DNA of 64,000 nt, taken from positions 53,600-117,599 of the forward strand of contig JADJFK010000014.1 in NCBI GenBank assembly GCA_016708585.1. Direction: 5' to 3'. The stretch's first letter is position 1. Every line of letters starts with the position of its first letter. The position numbers and the translations under genes are program-made. The stretch comes from Sulfuritalea sp. (GTDB taxonomy: Bacteria > Pseudomonadota > Gammaproteobacteria > Burkholderiales > Rhodocyclaceae). The notes below the pieces were generated by a model. The model was given only the letters and a program-made list of their open reading frames with translations, had not been told where the DNA came from and did not search any database. Shown one piece after another: positions 35,511-44,834 of this stretch.

Positions 35511-36490
35511 GATTCGCTCCCCGGCCAGGGCAACGGAACCCCGGCGAGATTTGGTGTGTCGAGCTTGGCGTAGATCCGAGTGGTTTCCAGAGACCGGTGC
35601 CGCAAGACATCGGCAACTTCCTTGAGTGAACTGCCGTTCCCGACCAGGCGACAGGCCAGCGTGTGACGCAGCAGGTGCGAACCGGAATCGGGAAGGCCAG
35701 CCCGTCGGCAGGCACGGCGGATTACGTTCTCAACCGCATAAGTTGTGATCGGGATGTCACGCGATTCGCGGCGGCACAGAAAGAGTGCCCTGCTTGGGTT
35801 TGCCAGGCGCTCATGCTGCAGGTAGTCTGCCAATGCTTGTCCGGTCGCCATCGGCAACGGCAGGATGTCCTGCCGTCGCGACTTTGTGCCCTTCAGGGTG
35901 ACCGTACCTTCGCGCCAGTCAATGGCGTCGATCGACAGGTTCGCGATCTCGCCAGCGCGCAGCCCCATGTCCAGCGCACAGCGGACGATGGCATAGCCAC
36001 GCCGGGGCTTTCGTCCGTAAGGGAGTGCAGCAAGCAGCCGTTGAACCTCGTCCGGCTTGAGAGCGCGTGGCAGCGATGCAAGCTTCCACTGCACCGGCGA
36101 GGAAATCGCCGCGCTCAGCCGGACAACCGAATCACCGCAGACGGTCCGGTAGCGGAGGTAACTTCGCAAGGCTGTCGCGACTTGAGCGGCAGCCGAATGC
36201 GATGGGCTATCCCCCAGTTGCCGAGCGATAAAGCGGCGAACGTCGGCTGCACGTAGCTTGGCCATGTTGACGACGCCACCGGCGAACTTCTTTCCCAACA
36301 ACTGCGCGACGATGCGGCAATGGTTGCGACGCGTGCCTGCCGCAAGGCCGCGTACGTCACGTAGGTGGTCGTCGTACCGGTGCAGTTCGTCGGCGATGGG
36401 GTCGGGGATTTCTGCAGAAGAGCGCACATGCTGCGCGCTCCGGGGCGGTGAGATTCGGTTCATGAGCGTCTCCTTGAGTGGAAACTCCAC
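35507..36490 (-). CDS. ritA: Tyrosine recombinase, first of trio
   Basis: SHLLRHTLACRLVGNGSSLKEVADVLRHRSLETTRIYAKLD. Confidence 0.85.
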   Translation of the reverse strand: MEFPLKETLMNRISPPRSAQHVRSSAEIPDPIADELHRYDDHLRDVRGLAAGTRRNHCRIVAQLLGKKFAGGVVNMAKLRAADVRRFIARQLGDSPSHSAAAQVATALRSYLRYRTVCGDSVVRLSAAISSPVQWKLASLPRALKPDEVQRLLAALPYGRKPRRGYAIVRCALDMGLRAGEIANLSIDAIDWREGTVTLKGTKSRRQDILPLPMATGQALADYLQHERLANPSRALFLCRRESRDIPITTYAVENVIRRACRRAGLPDSGSHLLRHTLACRLVGNGSSLKEVADVLRHRSLETTRIYAKLDTPNLAGVPLPWPGSES

Positions 36491-36758
36491 TTCAGGAGAA
36501 CGCTGAAATTATGTCGAGCTCAAAATGCCATCAGCCGCCCGAATGGTCCACGGCTACGCGCTCCAGCAAGCTACGTCGAGGAAAGCTCAACATAATCGAA
36601 TCATCTACATAATCGGCCAGAGTTGCCGGTGGCAAATCGAACGATGTCGGGCAGCAACGAGGCGGATAGCCGCCCTTCAACTGATGGAGTGTAAGAGGGC
36701 AACAGACCTCATGGGCATATTGAGTGATGGCGTGTGTCAGGCAAGGCTGTCCTGATCC

Positions 36759-39071
36759 TCAGCTACCCCGCAGCCGCAATGCATTGCCGACCACGCTCAC
36801 CGACGACAAGCTCATGGCAGCAGCGGCGATGATCGGCGACAGAACCAATCCAAAGCTCGGGTACAGCACACCCGCAGCGATCGGCACGCCCAGCGCGTTG
36901 TAGAGGAAGGCGAAGGCAAGGTTTTGGCGCATGTTGCCGACTGTCGCCGCCGAGAGCAGGCGAGCACGGGCGATGCCGCGCAGGTCGCCCTTGACCAGCG
37001 TGACCTGGGCACTGTTCATGGCTACATCGGTGCCGGTGCCCATGGCGATACCGACGTCCGCCCTGGCAAGTGCCGGGGCGTCGTTGATGCCGTCTCCGGC
37101 CATGGCCACGATATGCCCTTCCTTTTGCAGGCGCTCGACGAGTGCCAGTTTGTCGGCCGGTTTGACCTCGCCGTGCACCTCGTCGATGCCGAGCCGCTGT
37201 CCGACGGCGCGCGCCGTCGTCTCGCCATCGCCGGTGGCCATGATCACTCGCAGTCCTGCTTGGCGCAGCGCGGCCAGAGCCTCAGGCGTGCTTGCCTTAA
37301 CCGGATCAGCGACAGCCAACAGGCCCAGTAGCTGGCCGTCGGCGGCCAGGTGCATGACGCTCGCCCCCTCGCGCCGCAGTTCCTCGGCCTGAGCCGCCAA
37401 GGGCGACACGTCCGCGCCTTCCTGTTCCATCAGCACGGTATTGCCCAGCGCAAGGCGGCGTCCGCCGACGCTGCCGCGCACGCCGATGCCGCTGGAGGAC
37501 TCGAAGCCCTCGGCCTTGTCCAGCGTCAGCCCCTTTTCCCGGGCCGCCCGGACGATGGCGTCGGCGAGCGGATGCTCGCTGCCCTGATCGAGACTGGCCG
37601 CCAGCCGCAGCACCTCGTCTTCGGCAAGCCCCGGCGCCGCGACCGCGCGCTCGAAGGCCGGGCGGCCTTCCGTCAGCGTGCCGGTCTTGTCCACGATCAG
37701 GGTGTCGATCTCGCGCAGGCGCTCGATGGCCGCCGCATCGCGGAACAATATCCCCTGCGTCGCGGCCTTGCCGGTGGCGACCATGATCGACATGGGCGTG
37801 GCCAGGCCCAGCGCGCAGGGGCAGGCGATGATCAGGACCGAGACGGCGTTGATGAGGCCGAACAGCCAGCCGCGCTCGCCGCCGAAGATCCCCCAGCCGA
37901 AGAAGGAGAGCAGTGCGATCCCGACCACCGCCACCACGAAATAACCGGCCACGACGTCGGCCAGACGCTGCATCGGTGCTTTGGAACGCTGTGCCTGGGC
38001 GACCATCTGGACGATCTGGGCGAGCACGGTCTGGGCACCGACCTTCTCGGAGCGAATCACCAGGCTGCCCGAGGTGTTCAGCGTCGCACCGATCACCTTG
38101 TCGCCGGGCCGCTTCGTCACGGGCAGGGATTCGCCGGTCAGCATGGATTCGTCAACCGCGCTGGCACCTTCCGTGACTTCGCCATCCACCGGCACCTTCT
38201 CGCCTGGCCGCACACGCAGGATGTCACCGACGTGAACGTGCGTCAGCGGCACGTCCTCCTCGCCGCCGTCCGGCCGGATGCGCCGGGCGGTCTTGGGAGT
38301 GAGGCCGAGCAGGGACTTGATCGCCGCCGAGGTTTTAGAGCGCGCGCGCAGCTCCAGCATCTGCCCGAGCAGGGTCAGAGAGACGATCACCGCTGCCGCC
38401 TCGAAATAGACACCGATGCGGCCGTGGGCTTCGAAGGAGGCCGGGAATAGGCCGGGCGCGAAGGCCGCCACGACACTGTAGACAAAAGCGGCACCGGTGC
38501 CGATGCCGATCAGGGTCCACATGTTCGGGCTGCGCCGAATGATGGACTCCCAGCCGCGCACGAAGAATGGCCCGCCCGCCCAAAGGACAACAGGAGCGCT
38601 GAGCAGCAACTCGGCCCAGGTCCGTGCCGCCGGGGTCAACCCAGTGATGAGGTGTCCGGCCATGGCCAGCAGGACCACAACGACGGTAAGTGGCAGACTG
38701 CCCCAGAAGCGTCGTCGGAAATCCCGATACTCGCTGTCATCTTCTTCATCCAGTTCGGGCAGGACTGGTTCCAGTGCCATGCCGCACTTTGGGCAGGTTC
38801 CCGGCCCGATCTGGTGCACCTCGGGATGCATCGGGCAGATGTATTCCGCGCCCGCCGGCGCGGCCTCCACTTCCGCCGGTGTGGGAGAGAGATAGCGCTG
38901 CGGGTTCGCAACGAACTTGTCGTGGCATTTCTGCGAGCAGAAGTGATAGACCGTGCCCGCGTGTTCTCCGGTCGGTTTGCCGGCATCCAGCGACACATCC
39001 ATTCCACATACTGGATCTTTCGCGCTCGTGGCATGGTGGGCGTGGCCATGAATACCGTGATCGTGACTCAT
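36759..39071 (-). CDS. copA: Cu(I)/Ag(I)-type (P1B-1) P-type ATPase with His-rich, YHS/TRASH and zinc-ribbon-like N-terminal domains
   Basis: [13 protein letters not shown]; DPVCGMDV...[12 protein letters not shown]; CPMHPEV...[10 protein letters not shown]; [10 protein letters not shown]; DKTGTLT; YN...[15 protein letters not shown]. Confidence 0.9.
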   Translation of the reverse strand: MSHDHGIHGHAHHATSAKDPVCGMDVSLDAGKPTGEHAGTVYHFCSQKCHDKFVANPQRYLSPTPAEVEAAPAGAEYICPMHPEVHQIGPGTCPKCGMALEPVLPELDEEDDSEYRDFRRRFWGSLPLTVVVVLLAMAGHLITGLTPAARTWAELLLSAPVVLWAGGPFFVRGWESIIRRSPNMWTLIGIGTGAAFVYSVVAAFAPGLFPASFEAHGRIGVYFEAAAVIVSLTLLGQMLELRARSKTSAAIKSLLGLTPKTARRIRPDGGEEDVPLTHVHVGDILRVRPGEKVPVDGEVTEGASAVDESMLTGESLPVTKRPGDKVIGATLNTSGSLVIRSEKVGAQTVLAQIVQMVAQAQRSKAPMQRLADVVAGYFVVAVVGIALLSFFGWGIFGGERGWLFGLINAVSVLIIACPCALGLATPMSIMVATGKAATQGILFRDAAAIERLREIDTLIVDKTGTLTEGRPAFERAVAAPGLAEDEVLRLAASLDQGSEHPLADAIVRAAREKGLTLDKAEGFESSSGIGVRGSVGGRRLALGNTVLMEQEGADVSPLAAQAEELRREGASVMHLAADGQLLGLLAVADPVKASTPEALAALRQAGLRVIMATGDGETTARAVGQRLGIDEVHGEVKPADKLALVERLQKEGHIVAMAGDGINDAPALARADVGIAMGTGTDVAMNSAQVTLVKGDLRGIARARLLSAATVGNMRQNLAFAFLYNALGVPIAAGVLYPSFGLVLSPIIAAAAMSLSSVSVVGNALRLRGS

Positions 39072-39075
39072 GCGG

Positions 39076-39402
39076 TCAACTCCTTGACGACGTCTGGTTC
39101 TGTCCGTCGTTCCAACGTGGAAAGAAGGCTGGCGTCATGTGGGCATTGTGTGTCCATGCCTCGCCAATGGCGGCAGCGGAATCGCGCTCCTCGCGCCGGG
39201 CGAGACGCACATACACGACGAGCAGGATGGGGAACATCGCCAGCGTAATCAGCGTCGGCGATTGAAGCAGGAACCCGACCATGATCAGGACGAAGGCGAC
39301 GTACTGCGGGAGGCGCACACGCGTGTGAGGGCCGCTGGTCGCCAGCCGCCCCAGGCGGCGGGAGTGAACAGTGCAAACAGGACGGCGACGCGGATTGCAG
39401 GA
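39076..39402 (-). pseudogene. 5'-truncated ICMT-family (CzcN-like) methyltransferase gene
   Basis: The open frame from the TAA at 39403 reads ...RLATSGPHTRVRLPQYVAFVLIMVGFLL...VYVRLARREERDSAAAIGEAW. This is the C-terminal third of isoprenylcysteine carboxyl methyltransferase-like proteins. There is no room for the N-terminal TM helices. Confidence 0.5.
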
Positions 39403-39475
39403 TTAATGCTGGACCCCTTTCTGATTTGACGAATCCAGTATGAAGTGCGGACACCAACGCCAGCCTGACTGCCGG

Positions 39476-39491
39476 ATTACATTTCTGCCAT
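39476..39491. promoter_or_regulatory. Candidate response-regulator half-box (GATTACATTT family)
   Basis: ATTACATTTCTGCCAT lies upstream of the CzcN-like remnant and copA. Confidence 0.3.
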
Positions 39492-39542
39492 CTTGACTGC
39501 CAGAGATGAAAAGTCCTCCGCCGCTGTCTCGATGCTGGAACT

Positions 39543-40025
39543 TCAGTGCTTGTGGTCCGCATGGCCGTCCTGCGCCATCGCCTTAGGCATCGCCAGCGGG
39601 GTAAAGCGGGCCTGTTCCGCCGTTTTGCCCGCCAGCGTCACCGACACGACCGCTTTCATGTCGGACGTCGACGCATAGGTGCCCGAACCCTTCAGTCGGT
39701 TGTCGCCATCCGGCGTCAGGTTCACCGTAGTCTTGGTTTTGTCGCCAAGAATGGTGACCGTGCCTTTGGCGCCCGCCGTCGATACCTTGGTTCCTGCGTG
39801 TTCGGTGACAAAGACGATCACCGGATTGTTCTTCGCCTCCTTGCTGTCCTTGGCAACCACCAGTTCGAAATGGTATACGCCGGCCATGCGCAGTTGTCCC
39901 CCGTTGGGTGCCTGCTGCGTATCCAGGTATTCGTCGGTATGGGCCATGGCATTGATGGATGCCAGCGCGAACAGGCCGGCAACGGTTGCAGCCACTGTGG
40001 TGGTCAATATCTTGCGGAACTTCAT
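39543..40025 (-). CDS. Periplasmic accessory protein Y2 (paralog of Y1; C-terminal His-rich tail)
   Basis: Signal peptide. NGGQLRMAGVYHFELVV...KGTVTILGDK...; C-terminus AQDGHADHKH. Confidence 0.6.
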   Translation of the reverse strand: MKFRKILTTTVAATVAGLFALASINAMAHTDEYLDTQQAPNGGQLRMAGVYHFELVVAKDSKEAKNNPVIVFVTEHAGTKVSTAGAKGTVTILGDKTKTTVNLTPDGDNRLKGSGTYASTSDMKAVVSVTLAGKTAEQARFTPLAMPKAMAQDGHADHKH

Positions 40026-40061
40026 GGGTATCTCCTTTTTTGCGTTGAGCAGTACTTCGGG

Positions 40062-43000
40062 TCAGAAACTTTCGGTGTTGCGGTCCGCGAGAAGCCGCTG
40101 GAGCGGCTTCTCGCCCCATAGCCAGAACATCACCGGGGTCAGCAGGGTATCGAGAAAAGTGGAGCTGATAAGGCCACCGAAGATCACCACCGCCACCGGA
40201 TGCAGCACCTCTTTGCCCGGAGCATCGGCCGAGAGCAGCAGCGGCATCAGCGCGAAGGCGGCGACCAGCGCGGTCATCAGCACCGGGGTGAGCCGCTCCA
40301 GCGATCCGCGCACGATCATGTGCTGACCGAAGGTTTCGCCTTCGAAGGCGCACAGATTGATGTAATGACTGATCTTGAGGATGCCATTGCGCGTGGCGAT
40401 GCCGGTTAAGGTGATGAAGCCGACCAGCGCAGCGACCGACAGCGGCTGGCCGGAAATCCACAAGGCGATCACGCTGCCGATCAGCGCCAGCGGGATGTTG
40501 CCCATGATGATCAGTGTCAGCGCCATCGAGCGGTAGCGGCTGTAGAGCACCATGAAGATCATCGTCAGCGACACCAGCGCAAGCAAGGTGATCAGTTTGG
40601 CCGCCTGCTCCTGCGCCTGGAACTGTCCTTCGAGCGCGGTGAAATAGCCCTCGGGCAAAGGCTTGGCGGCCAACTCGGCGCGGATGTCGGCGATCACCTT
40701 CGACATGTCTCGGCCATCTGTGTTGGCCGAGAGCACAATACGGCGGCGCGAGTTCTCGCGGCTGACCTGGTTGGGGCCGTCGCTTTCCTCGACGCTGGCG
40801 ATCTTGGACAAGGGGACGTAGCCGGTCGGCGTCTCGATCAGCAGGTCGGCCAAGGCCTGCGGCCCGCGCGCGGACTCCGGCAGGCGCACCAGAAGATCGA
40901 AGCGGCGGTTACCCTCGATGATCTGGGTGATTTTCTCGCCCTCGATCATCTGCTCCAGCCCGCGCAGCAGGCTGCCGGGCGCCACGCCGTAGCGTGCCGC
41001 CTGCTCGTAGTCGAGGCGAATCTTGATCTGCGGGATCAGCACCTGCTTTTCGATCTGCAGATCGGCGACGCCGGGAATCCGTGCCAGCCGGTCGCGCATC
41101 TCGGCCGCCAGGCCGCGCAGGGTATCGAGATCGTCGCCGTAGATCTTCAGCGCAATCTGGGCGCGCACGCCGGAAAGGAGGTGATCAAGTCGGTGCGAAA
41201 TCGGCTGGCCGACGTTGGAGGCGGCCGGCAGGCTGGCAAGACGCTGCCGGATGTCGGCAATGATCTCTTCACGGCTGCGCGCCGAGGCTTTCAGGTCGAC
41301 GTCCATTTCGGTGTAATGCACGCCTTCCGCATGCTCATCGAGCTCCGCGCGGCCGGTGCGGCGTCCGAGCTGCGTGACCTCGGGCACTTGCATCACCAGT
41401 TGCTCGGCCAGGGTGGCGATGCTGTTGGATTCGGCGAGCGAGGTACCGGGATTGAGCAGGACATTGACCGTCAGCGTGCCCTCGTTGAAAGGCGGCAGGA
41501 AGGAGCGCGGAAAGAAGGGCACGCTCGCCGCGACGATGATGACCAGCGCCGCGGCCCCGGCCAGCAGGCGGCGTGCATGACCGAACGACCAATGCAGAAG
41601 CTTGGCATCCCAGCGCTTGAGCCAGATCACCAACGGGCTGTCCCCGGCGTGGAGCTGCTTCATCTGCGGCAGCAGGTAGTAGGCCATCACCGGCGTCAGC
41701 GTTACCGAAACGATCATGCTGGCGAGAATCGAGACGATGTAGGCGACGCCGAGCGGGGTAAACAGCCGGCCCTCGATGCCCGGCAGCACGAACAGCGGCA
41801 CGAACACCAGGACGATGATCACGGTCGCATAGACGATGGCGGAACGCACTTCCAGCGTCGCGGCGGCGATGACTTCCGCCACCGGACGCGGCGAATCGGT
41901 GGCCCGGTTCAGCTTCAGACGTCGCAACACGTTCTCCACGCCGACCACCGCGTCATCCACCAACTCGCCGATGGCAATGGCCAAACCGCCCAGCGTCATG
42001 GTGTTGATCGACAGGCCGAAATAGTGGAACACCAGCGCCGTAACGAGCAGCGACACCGGTATCGCCATCAGCGAAATCAGCGTGGTGCGCACATTGAGCA
42101 GGAACATGAAGAGGATCAGGGCCACCAGGATGGCGCCGTCGCGTAGTGCCTCTTCAACGTTGTTTACCGAATGCTCGATGAAGTCGGCCTGCTTGAACAG
42201 GAAGGACGGCGTATCGAATCCCTTTGGCAGGCTCTTGCCAAGCTCGGCCATTGCTTTCTCGACTTCGCGGGTCAGCTGGACGCTGTCGGCAGCCGGCTGT
42301 TTCTGCACCGACAAGATCACCGCCGGCTTGCCCTTGTAGCTGCCGTCGCCGCGCTTGATGGCCGGGGCGAGTTTCACGTCCGCCACCTGCTTGAGCAGGA
42401 TCGGCTGGCCATTCTTGGTCGCCACAACGAGATTTTGCAGGTCTTCAATGCGCGAGCTGCGGCCGATCTGGCGGATCAGGTATTCGCGGCCCTGGGCTTC
42501 AAGAAAGCCGCCGCTGGTGTTGGCGCCGAAGTCCTTCAGGGCAGTCTCCAGCTTCTCGCGCTCGATGCCCAGCGCCTGGAGCTGCGCCGGCTTGATCTCC
42601 ACCCGGTATTGCCGCACCTCGCCACCGATCGGGATGACCTGGGCGACACCGGGAATCGTCAGCAGACGCGGACGCATCACCCAGTCCGCGTATTCTCGGA
42701 CGGTCATCGGACTGATCTTGTCGGGATCGGCCGGGAGCGCAATCAGCAAAATCTCGCCCATGATCGACGAGATCGGCCCGAGCTGCGGCACGATGCCGGG
42801 CGGCAGGGCCTCGCGCACCAGATTCAGGCGCTCGGCAATCTGCTGGCGGTTGCGATAGATGTCCGAACCCCATTCGAACTCGACGTAGATGATCGACAGA
42901 CCGATGCCCGACACCGAGCGGACGCGCGTCACGCCCGGCATGCCGTTCATGCTCGACTCGATCGGGAAGGTCACCAGTTGCTCGACCTCCTCCGGGGCCA

Positions 43001-43166
43001 TGCCGCCGGCCTCGGTCATCAGCGTCACCGTCGGCTTGTTGAGGTCGGGGAAGACGTCGACCGGCATCTGGCGCAGCGTGATCGCGCCGTAGATGATCAG
43101 CAGCAGCGAGATGCCGAGGACGATCAGCCGCTGCTTGAGCGCGGCGTGAATGATGTAGTCGAACAT
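40062..43166 (-). CDS. Heavy-metal efflux RND permease, paralog 2
   Basis: 1034 aa. PVDVFPDLNKPTVTLMTEAGGMAPEEVEQLVTFPIE; TM4 motif GGLAIAIGELVDDAVVGVENVLRRL. Confidence 0.95.
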   Translation of the reverse strand: MFDYIIHAALKQRLIVLGISLLLIIYGAITLRQMPVDVFPDLNKPTVTLMTEAGGMAPEEVEQLVTFPIESSMNGMPGVTRVRSVSGIGLSIIYVEFEWGSDIYRNRQQIAERLNLVREALPPGIVPQLGPISSIMGEILLIALPADPDKISPMTVREYADWVMRPRLLTIPGVAQVIPIGGEVRQYRVEIKPAQLQALGIEREKLETALKDFGANTSGGFLEAQGREYLIRQIGRSSRIEDLQNLVVATKNGQPILLKQVADVKLAPAIKRGDGSYKGKPAVILSVQKQPAADSVQLTREVEKAMAELGKSLPKGFDTPSFLFKQADFIEHSVNNVEEALRDGAILVALILFMFLLNVRTTLISLMAIPVSLLVTALVFHYFGLSINTMTLGGLAIAIGELVDDAVVGVENVLRRLKLNRATDSPRPVAEVIAAATLEVRSAIVYATVIIVLVFVPLFVLPGIEGRLFTPLGVAYIVSILASMIVSVTLTPVMAYYLLPQMKQLHAGDSPLVIWLKRWDAKLLHWSFGHARRLLAGAAALVIIVAASVPFFPRSFLPPFNEGTLTVNVLLNPGTSLAESNSIATLAEQLVMQVPEVTQLGRRTGRAELDEHAEGVHYTEMDVDLKASARSREEIIADIRQRLASLPAASNVGQPISHRLDHLLSGVRAQIALKIYGDDLDTLRGLAAEMRDRLARIPGVADLQIEKQVLIPQIKIRLDYEQAARYGVAPGSLLRGLEQMIEGEKITQIIEGNRRFDLLVRLPESARGPQALADLLIETPTGYVPLSKIASVEESDGPNQVSRENSRRRIVLSANTDGRDMSKVIADIRAELAAKPLPEGYFTALEGQFQAQEQAAKLITLLALVSLTMIFMVLYSRYRSMALTLIIMGNIPLALIGSVIALWISGQPLSVAALVGFITLTGIATRNGILKISHYINLCAFEGETFGQHMIVRGSLERLTPVLMTALVAAFALMPLLLSADAPGKEVLHPVAVVIFGGLISSTFLDTLLTPVMFWLWGEKPLQRLLADRNTESF

Positions 43167-43167
43167 G

Positions 43168-44316
43168 TCAGCGCACCTGCGAGAGCAGCCCGGCGCCGAT
43201 GGTCACCACGCGGTCGCCGTCATGCAGGCCGTCGAGGATGGCGACGTTGGCCGCATCGAGCGACTGGTGGCGAATCCGGCGGGCAACGAAGCGCTCGGCC
43301 TCGGTATGCACCCAGACCGCCGTCTCGCCAGCGCCGACTTTTGTCAGTGCCGTCCTCGGCACGGCCGCACCCTTGACGCCTTGCTCGGTGCGGACGATCA
43401 CCTTGACCGGCTGACCGACGGCCACTGCCGCGTTGCGGTTGGTGATGCGAAACAGCAGGGGCAAGGCCTGCTCGCGCAGTTGCTGACCGCCGCCGACAAA
43501 CTTGAGGTCCAGCGCCGTTTGATCTGCCAAGGCGCTGGCGGAAACCAGTGTCTTGGCGATGCCGACATCGTAAGCCAGCGCCTCCACGGCGAGGCGGGCG
43601 GGATCGACGATTTCAAACAGCACTTCCTTGGCATCGACCACCTGCCCGGCCAGCAAGTGATGCGAGGCGCTGATGATGCCGGCTGCCGGTGCCACGAGGG
43701 GTTCGGCGGAGTCGATGCTGGCCCGGACATAGGCCCGCCGTTGCTGCAAGGCGGAATGCTCGATGCGGGCCGCCTCGATCTCCTTCTGCGGCACGGCGCC
43801 TTCGAGTTGCTCAAAACGCTTCATCTTGCCCTTGGCGATGGCCAGTTGCGCTTCGAGTTCTGCGAGGCTGGCTTTCTGGTTGCCACGCTCGATGGCACCG
43901 CTGATCGGTCGCAGGTAGACCAGGACTTCGCCCTTGGCGACCTTTCTACCGGCCGTCGGCATGCCCATTGGGCCAGGGATGACGCTGCCGGCGAACATGG
44001 CCTGCACCCGTCCGCTGGTTTCCGGATCGGGAATAATCTGGCCGTTTAATTCAACCGTCGCCGCTAGTTCGGCGATGTGCACCGGCTGGGTACGCAAGCC
44101 GAGCTGGCGTTGCACCGGCTTCGGCACGAACAAGCTGCCGTCGGCCAAGCGCTGCGCTGCAGTCACCCCGGTTGTGCCTACCGCCGACACAGCGGCCGGC
44201 GCCTTCTTCTTGGCGTCCTGACTGTGATCTTCGTCCCCGTGAGCCAAGGCTGCCCCCGTGACCATACTTAATGCCAGTGCGGTCACCAGTACATGCAAAT
44301 CGATCTTGCGCATCAT
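43168..44316 (-). CDS. RND periplasmic adaptor (MFP), paralog 2
   Basis: Start at the MM pair (44316/44313), overlapping the X2 stop. Signal peptide, then HGDEDHSQD. Confidence 0.85.
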   Translation of the reverse strand: MMRKIDLHVLVTALALSMVTGAALAHGDEDHSQDAKKKAPAAVSAVGTTGVTAAQRLADGSLFVPKPVQRQLGLRTQPVHIAELAATVELNGQIIPDPETSGRVQAMFAGSVIPGPMGMPTAGRKVAKGEVLVYLRPISGAIERGNQKASLAELEAQLAIAKGKMKRFEQLEGAVPQKEIEAARIEHSALQQRRAYVRASIDSAEPLVAPAAGIISASHHLLAGQVVDAKEVLFEIVDPARLAVEALAYDVGIAKTLVSASALADQTALDLKFVGGGQQLREQALPLLFRITNRNAAVAVGQPVKVIVRTEQGVKGAAVPRTALTKVGAGETAVWVHTEAERFVARRIRHQSLDAANVAILDGLHDGDRVVTIGAGLLSQVR

Positions 44317-44834
44317 CAAATTCCCTTCTTGGCGCGTCTGTGACGCCGAACGGCAATCAATATTCCGGTGACCAGCAGCGCTCCGGATAAAGCCCTGACG
44401 ACCCACTCGCTCCAGCCGCGGGTATGCACCTCAGTGGTCACGGAGGCGGAGGTGTCCAGTGTGGTGGTGAGGAGATCGATACTGTCGCCGGCCTCGACGC
44501 TGATGGTCAGCGGGTGCTTGGCCGGCGGCAGGGGCGTGGCGACATCGAGCACGTAGGTTCCGGGGGCGGTTTCGCTGGCCACGCCCTTCAGCCCCGCACC
44601 CTCGATTTCCACCTTGGCCTGCGCCACGGGTTCGTTACTGGCGAAACGATCCACATACACCACCAGTTTCTTGCCTTCGAGCGACGTGACGACCTCGAAT
44701 TCCTGGGTCGCTGTGGCGGCGCGCGGCTCGACCGCCTGGGTGACCGGGGGCGGCGGTGCGCCGTGATCTTCCCCGCCGTGGCCGAAAGCCGAGAAGGCCA
44801 TGGAAAATAGAACAACGGCAACGGCATGTCTCAC
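44316..44834 (-). CDS. Bitopic accessory protein X2 (paralog of X1)
   Basis: HGGEDHG after the signal peptide; FEVVTSLEGKKLVVYVDRFASNEPVAQAKVEIE; C-terminal HTRGWSEW plus a TM segment and RRHRRAKK. Confidence 0.6.
   Translation of the reverse strand: MRHAVAVVLFSMAFSAFGHGGEDHGAPPPPVTQAVEPRAATATQEFEVVTSLEGKKLVVYVDRFASNEPVAQAKVEIEGAGLKGVASETAPGTYVLDVATPLPPAKHPLTISVEAGDSIDLLTTTLDTSASVTTEVHTRGWSEWVVRALSGALLVTGILIAVRRHRRAKKGI

Larger units (their letters stand above)
33430..36618 (-). mobile_element. Recombinase-in-trio (RIT) element with ~105-bp terminal inverted repeats
   Basis: Three overlapping tyrosine-recombinase genes. The left arm 33430..33530 and the reverse complement of the right arm 36508..36618 align (GGCCGATTATGTAGATG...GATTATGTTGAGC...TTTTGAGCTC[C/G]ACATAAT). 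Confidence 0.75.
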
